Origin: an uncultured Prevotellaceae bacterium
GTDB lineage: Bacteria; Bacteroidota; Bacteroidia; Bacteroidales; Muribaculaceae
Direction of reading: 5' to 3'
Assembly: GCA_937904375.1 (NCBI GenBank)
Contig: CALDIG010000303.1
Span: 278 to 64,277 of the forward strand
DNA: 64,000 nucleotides
The notes beneath the pieces were generated by a model. It saw only the letters and a list, made by a program, of their open reading frames with translations. It made no database searches and was not told the origin of the DNA. Both the position numbers and the translations under genes were made by a program. Positions 59,413 through 64,000 of this stretch are shown here, piece by piece. Numbering within the stretch: position 1 is the first letter of the stretch; every line of letters starts with the position of its first letter.

Positions 59413-60231
59413 CTAGTAGCTTTCGGCTTCGTTGGGGAAGAGTCCGTTTTTCACGTCTTCCACGTAGTGGTTCACCGAGTCGATGATTTGTTCGCCCAGG
59501 TTGTTGTAGTGGCGCAGGAACTTGGGTTTGAAGCCCATGTTCATTCCAAGCATATCTTGGATTACCAAAACTTGACCGTCGCAGTCCACGCCGGCACCTA
59601 TGCCAATGGTGGGAATGCCCACGCTCTCGGTAACACGCTTGGCGAGGGCCGCCGGAATCTTTTCAAGCACAAGGGCGTAGCACCCTATCTCCTCCAGCAT
59701 CTTGGCATCGTCGATAAGCTTCTGTGCCTCGGCATCTTCCTGAGCTCGCAAGGCATAAGTGCCAAACTGATAGATTGACTGAGGTGTCAATCCTAGATGT
59801 CCGCAGATGGGAATGCCAGTGCGGATTATCATCTCCAGAGCCTCGCGAATCTCGCTACCACCCTCACACTTCACCGAGTCGATGCCGGTGCTCTGGATCA
59901 GGCGCACGGCATTCTCCTGAGCCTTGTAAGGGTCGCCCTGATAGGTGCCAAATGGCATGTCGATGCAAGTGATGGCGCGCTTGCAGGCACGGGCCACAGT
60001 GCGGCCATACACTATCATGTCGTCGAGGGTGATGGGCACCGTGGTGGCGTTGCCCTGCATTACGTTGCTGGCGCTGTCGCCCACGTGAATCATGTCGATG
60101 CCACCCTGCTCCACCAGCGACGCGATGGTGTAGTCGTAGGATGTCAATACTGCTATCTTCTCGCCTGTGCGCTTCATCTCACGGATGCGCTTGGTGGTGA
60201 TTTTCTTGTTGTCGGTGACTAAATATCCCAT
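59413..60231 (-). CDS. panB: 3-methyl-2-oxobutanoate hydroxymethyltransferase
   Basis: LTSYD, VGDSASNV, DMPFG, GHLGLTPQS, TIGIGAG..DGQVLV. Confidence 0.97.
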   Translation of the reverse strand: MGYLVTDNKKITTKRIREMKRTGEKIAVLTSYDYTIASLVEQGGIDMIHVGDSASNVMQGNATTVPITLDDMIVYGRTVARACKRAITCIDMPFGTYQGDPYKAQENAVRLIQSTGIDSVKCEGGSEIREALEMIIRTGIPICGHLGLTPQSIYQFGTYALRAQEDAEAQKLIDDAKMLEEIGCYALVLEKIPAALAKRVTESVGIPTIGIGAGVDCDGQVLVIQDMLGMNMGFKPKFLRHYNNLGEQIIDSVNHYVEDVKNGLFPNEAESY

Positions 60232-60350
60232 TTCTTAATTCTTTAAATAAAAGCGCCGCAAAGGTAACGCTTTATTTTAAGAATGCAAAGACCGTGCCAA
60301 TAAATTCCCTTCAGTGGTCACTTGTTTCTCTTGACTCTTGCTCTCAAGAG

Positions 60351-60887
60351 TCAGAATGGCAACTCGTCGCTCCCACTTGGCGCGATGTCGCCATAGCGAA
60401 GCCGGTATTCCTGGTCAAGTTGCTCGTCGGTAGGCGGCCAAGTGCCAGGGACAATGTCCACTCCCAGGTCAATCATTTCCCTTACATATTGCTCACGGCA
60501 ACGTTTCAGGTCTCTCCAGTTCTCTTCGGTGGGTCCGGTGAATGGGTCTTCAACATTGATGAGCCAGCGGAACATCATCTCGTAGATTTCTTCTTGGTGG
60601 TCAACAAAAGTCATCTTGCCGTTTTTATTGTAGGCCCACCAGAAATTCGCCTGGTCGTCCCACGAGGTCATGCGAAACGGCATGGCAGGAAATGCTTTCG
60701 CCAGTTCAGCCACCGTTTCCTTGTGCCACACTTCACCTATATGACTTCTAAGACCGAAACTGATAGTCAAGTCATCAACATAGCAATGCGGCGCAACGTC
60801 ACGCTCTTTGAGCAAAGGCGTGATAAATTGGCATGCGAGCTGGAGGTCGTCATTGTTCTCAAATTTCAATCTCAAGCTGTAATCCAT
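60351..60887 (-). CDS. Hypothetical protein
   Basis: 178-aa ORF co-oriented with neighbours. Confidence 0.65.
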   Translation of the reverse strand: MDYSLRLKFENNDDLQLACQFITPLLKERDVAPHCYVDDLTISFGLRSHIGEVWHKETVAELAKAFPAMPFRMTSWDDQANFWWAYNKNGKMTFVDHQEEIYEMMFRWLINVEDPFTGPTEENWRDLKRCREQYVREMIDLGVDIVPGTWPPTDEQLDQEYRLRYGDIAPSGSDELPF

Positions 60888-60925
60888 CTAAAGTGGGATC
60901 AAAATGTGAAGTTCTCAGGTGATTT

Positions 60926-61831
60926 TTATTCATCGTCGGCAAGCTGTTGCTTCAATACCTCGATTTGTTCGCTACTGAGGTCAAGATCTTCAATGTTTCC
61001 ATCCGATGACACCATGCGACAATGCCCCCAGTCATCAATAAATATAGCTTTGTCGCTAAACCAGTCATCCCACAAATAAGCGAAAGAGTGTTTATTGCCT
61101 CCATCACATATCTCGTTCAGAGCGCAACCAATCACGCCACCCAGTTCCTCAACATCGACACCATATCCATTCACTTCAGCTGCGAGATAGATACCATCCA
61201 AGCCCCCTTCATCAAGCTCATTTTCGTCAGAAAACTCTATAATAGCATTTGCTACTTCGCCTATAGTTTGGTCAACAATAACAACACAGTTGTCACCATA
61301 ATTGTAATACATCATGCCTATTGCAGGATATGAGGCAAAATTATCCTCGTCAATATCTCTTAGTTCTTTTTTCCAAGTTCTTCCGTAAAAATCACGATAT
61401 TTTATTTCGATAATTGGAATTCCCCTATATTGCTCAAGCTGCTTGGTGGCAGTGCTGTTGTTGGGGGTTGATGTGTTAGCTCCTTCACGCCGATAAGCCA
61501 CAAGTGGTGCCATGTCGGCCTTGCGTGCTTGGCGCTTGATTTTCGCCACGCTCTCGAGGGTGACACCGCTAAGCACCTGTACCCAGTCGTCGATAGTAAA
61601 AACCTTGACTCTCACGTTGAGTTCTTCTCTGAACGCTTCTTCAAATTTCCCCACAGTGCGACTGGTGCGGCAAGGCAGCTCTCCGCTTTTAGCACCGAGT
61701 GATACCAGGGTTACTTCATCTGTGGCTTGACTGCGTCCGTCATAAACACGCAGTGTGCCGCCAATTTGGTCGGCAAACTGTTTCTTCAGTTCGCCAACTG
61801 TCGTTGTCTTTGTGATTATAAAATTTGCCAT
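60926..61831 (-). CDS. Hypothetical protein with internally repeated N-domain and acidic C-domain
   Basis: TVGELKKQF / TVGKFEEAF repeat; 301 aa. Confidence 0.7.
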   Translation of the reverse strand: MANFIITKTTTVGELKKQFADQIGGTLRVYDGRSQATDEVTLVSLGAKSGELPCRTSRTVGKFEEAFREELNVRVKVFTIDDWVQVLSGVTLESVAKIKRQARKADMAPLVAYRREGANTSTPNNSTATKQLEQYRGIPIIEIKYRDFYGRTWKKELRDIDEDNFASYPAIGMMYYNYGDNCVVIVDQTIGEVANAIIEFSDENELDEGGLDGIYLAAEVNGYGVDVEELGGVIGCALNEICDGGNKHSFAYLWDDWFSDKAIFIDDWGHCRMVSSDGNIEDLDLSSEQIEVLKQQLADDE

Positions 61832-61921
61832 AATAGATTGTTTATATTGTTAAATTACTCAATGAAAACCCATTTGGTGGGATTAATAAATGTGGGTTCA
61901 ATGAAATGAAGTCAAAAATTG

Positions 61922-62140
61922 TTATTTGCCAGTCTTCTCTTTTTCTTTATAAATGAGCATCGCCGACGGTTTCCAGGCATAAAGGCCTGGGCTGGTTTGC
62001 GCCATTGCTGTAGAATACTTGATGTCAATAACTTCTTCTATATCGTTCTCGACAAGGAATTTGTTGATGGCTGCATCCAGTCGTTCGTGATGAAGAGGAT
62101 TGTCTGTATTCTTGATTACAAAAGTTTTTACTTTAATCAT
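61922..62140 (-). CDS. Small hypothetical protein
   Basis: 72-aa ORF in a co-oriented run. Confidence 0.55.
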   Translation of the reverse strand: MIKVKTFVIKNTDNPLHHERLDAAINKFLVENDIEEVIDIKYSTAMAQTSPGLYAWKPSAMLIYKEKEKTGK

Positions 62141-62181
62141 ATCTTTCTGGTTGCTAAATGGTAGATGTCATTCTTTTGTGA

Positions 62182-62727
62182 TTACTCTCTTTCTTTGTCC
62201 TGAGGCATTCCAGTTGCAAGTTGAACATAGTTTCGACAATCTATCATGATGTAGGTGAAGCTTTGCAGGAATGCTGGCACTTCGTCGCAACGCATGATAA
62301 GGCATCCTTCAACTTGCGCAAAATCTATGGTACTGGCTATTCTTGAGAAATTTCGTGCATTCTGAAACACGTCATAATCCTCGCGTTTTGCCATATATCT
62401 CAACAGATTCTCAAAATCGTCTTTGCACTCAATGTCAGTTGTTTTGTCAATGTTGTCTATAAGTAGATAGTTAATATGGGCATCGACAAATGGCAACACA
62501 TATTGTTTCACAAAGTCCACATAACCGCCTTTCGTGCATTGCGACACGTCATAAAGTGCTTTGTTGTCGGGAAATATATTTCTCAACTGGTTCATGTCAA
62601 CAACATTGTCAGGATCAAAAAGCAATATGACTTGATGCCACTTCGATTCTCTAGCAATGTAATATAAAAATGCAGCACGATAGGTGGCATCTTCGTTAAT
62701 GTCAAAATCCTTGTCTAAAATACTCAT
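62182..62727 (-). CDS. Hypothetical protein
   Basis: 181-aa ORF; LLIDNID resembles a Walker B but no Walker A is visible. Confidence 0.6.
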   Translation of the reverse strand: MSILDKDFDINEDATYRAAFLYYIARESKWHQVILLFDPDNVVDMNQLRNIFPDNKALYDVSQCTKGGYVDFVKQYVLPFVDAHINYLLIDNIDKTTDIECKDDFENLLRYMAKREDYDVFQNARNFSRIASTIDFAQVEGCLIMRCDEVPAFLQSFTYIMIDCRNYVQLATGMPQDKERE

Positions 62728-62856
62728 AGTAGGTTGATGTTGATGGTTACATTAAAACCACTTACATGCATTCTCGGCCATAGTCACGAGCATGGTATCT
62801 GCTTGTTGGGTTACTATCTTAATTTGTAATTGTTTGCAAATTTACATGGTTTATCA

Positions 62857-63034
62857 CCATTCTTGCAATTCCATTCCATTCCTTGTGCAATTCCATTCCA
62901 TTCCTTGTGCAATTCCATTTTACTCCATTTTACCCCATTTTAAGAGTGGTTTTGTTCCATTCTTTTCCATAGCTTATTCCTTTCAATTCCATTTTTTGTT
63001 CCATTCCTTTCCATAGACAATTCCATTTAATTCC
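62857..63034. repeat. Degenerate (ATTCC)n pyrimidine-rich tract
   Basis: Repeated ATTCC including a tandem 22-mer TGCAATTCCATTCCATTCCTTG. Confidence 0.75.
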
Positions 63035-63139
63035 TTTTCTTGTTTTTAAATGAAAAGCCTAATCAAATAGAAAAAAAGCAGTAATTTTGTGGAATAATAA
63101 AAACAAACATCTTGTTTATTATGTGAGACACTGATCTTG

Positions 63140-64000
63140 ATGGCATATTCTAACGACAACGATTCAGGGCCTTTTGCCAATGGAAATTTCAATGGCATTG
63201 ATAGCGCGTTTACCAACGTGCAGGAGATAGCTGCGCATGAGCACAACGTGTTATACAAAGCAATGCGTTACGGTCGCTGGTATCTTCTCAAAGGCATTGC
63301 TCCTCGCTATAATGCCGATGAGGCGCATCGCCAGATGCTCATCAAAGAATTTGATACGATGATTAAGCTCCTGCATCCTGGCATAGTACAAGCGGTTTCT
63401 CTTGACGATGTGCCTAATGTGGGGATGTGCATCGTCATGGAGTATATCGAGGGAAAAACACTTGAGCAGTGGCTTGAGCAAACCGATGACGGCAAGAAAT
63501 GTCGTGCCATGTTTATGCAGATTCTCGATGCTGTGGAATATATACATCAGCAGGGCGTTGTGCATCGCGATCTCAAGCCATCTAACATAATGATTAGCCG
63601 CGTGGGCAATCAAGTGAAAATCATCGACTTTGGCTTTGCCGATGCCGATAGCAATTCCATCTTCAAGCATGCCGCTGGCACACAGGGGTATATCTCGCCT
63701 GAGCAAGCCGCTGGTGGTGAGCCCGATGTGCGCAACGACATCTACAGCCTCGGTGCTATTCTTGAGAAGATGATGCCGCCCATGAGTCGCCGCTATCGCA
63801 AAGTAATGAACTGCTGCAAGGGCTCTATCGACAAGCGTTATAACAGCGTAGCACAGCTGCGCGATGCCATGTCTCATATAAATGCCATCAGGAACTGGAA
63901 GCTTTTTGCTGCAGTAATGATAGTGCTTGCCACGGTAAGTGTTGTGTTATTTTTATTAATAGGGAACCACAAAACTGCCCAATCCTCACAAGCGCCCAAG
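63140..64000 (+). CDS. Hanks-type Ser/Thr protein kinase with TM segment (runs off the window end)
   Basis: Manual translation (absent from the ORF track): LLK, HPGIV, VMEYIEG, HRDLKPSN, IIDFG, GTQGYISPE, DIYSLG, then a hydrophobic helix. Confidence 0.93.
   Translation, partial: MAYSNDNDSGPFANGNFNGIDSAFTNVQEIAAHEHNVLYKAMRYGRWYLLKGIAPRYNADEAHRQMLIKEFDTMIKLLHPGIVQAVSLDDVPNVGMCIVMEYIEGKTLEQWLEQTDDGKKCRAMFMQILDAVEYIHQQGVVHRDLKPSNIMISRVGNQVKIIDFGFADADSNSIFKHAAGTQGYISPEQAAGGEPDVRNDIYSLGAILEKMMPPMSRRYRKVMNCCKGSIDKRYNSVAQLRDAMSHINAIRNWKLFAAVMIVLATVSVVLFLLIGNHKTAQSSQAPK

Noticed and set aside
63251..63877. 208-aa minus-strand ORF
   Set aside because: Antisense shadow of the plus-strand kinase, which has all catalytic motifs.

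Overview
Bacteroidales chromosomal window (inferred from SusC/SusD, TAnnTTTG promoters and dockerin-tagged secreted proteins). The backbone includes metG, dapF, dnaX, panB, comM/yifB, an efflux operon, an ECF sigma locus and a Ser/Thr kinase cut by the window end. The main feature is a ~17 kb recombinase-free array downstream of the intact comM/yifB gene (25515->23974). Five extra, co-oriented, sequence-distinct copies of the comM 3' end (17043, 15098, 13688, 9100, 7506) separate accessory cargo: a giant WG-repeat protein, three AAA+/nuclease-type ATPases, a GmrSD-type DUF262 nuclease, two RhuM remnants and an IS5. The copies decay with distance from the intact gene. The two nearest copies break off at the same codon and abut the same 30-bp non-comM motif, which looks like a polar, integron-like accretion record. 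Similar duplications of a neighbour's end flank a GH3 gene (dnaX remnant) and another ATPase. Seven solitary ATPase paralogues, most with their own palindromes, and several IS, MITE and REP-like elements are also present. All calls come from reading motifs by eye; no database search was run.
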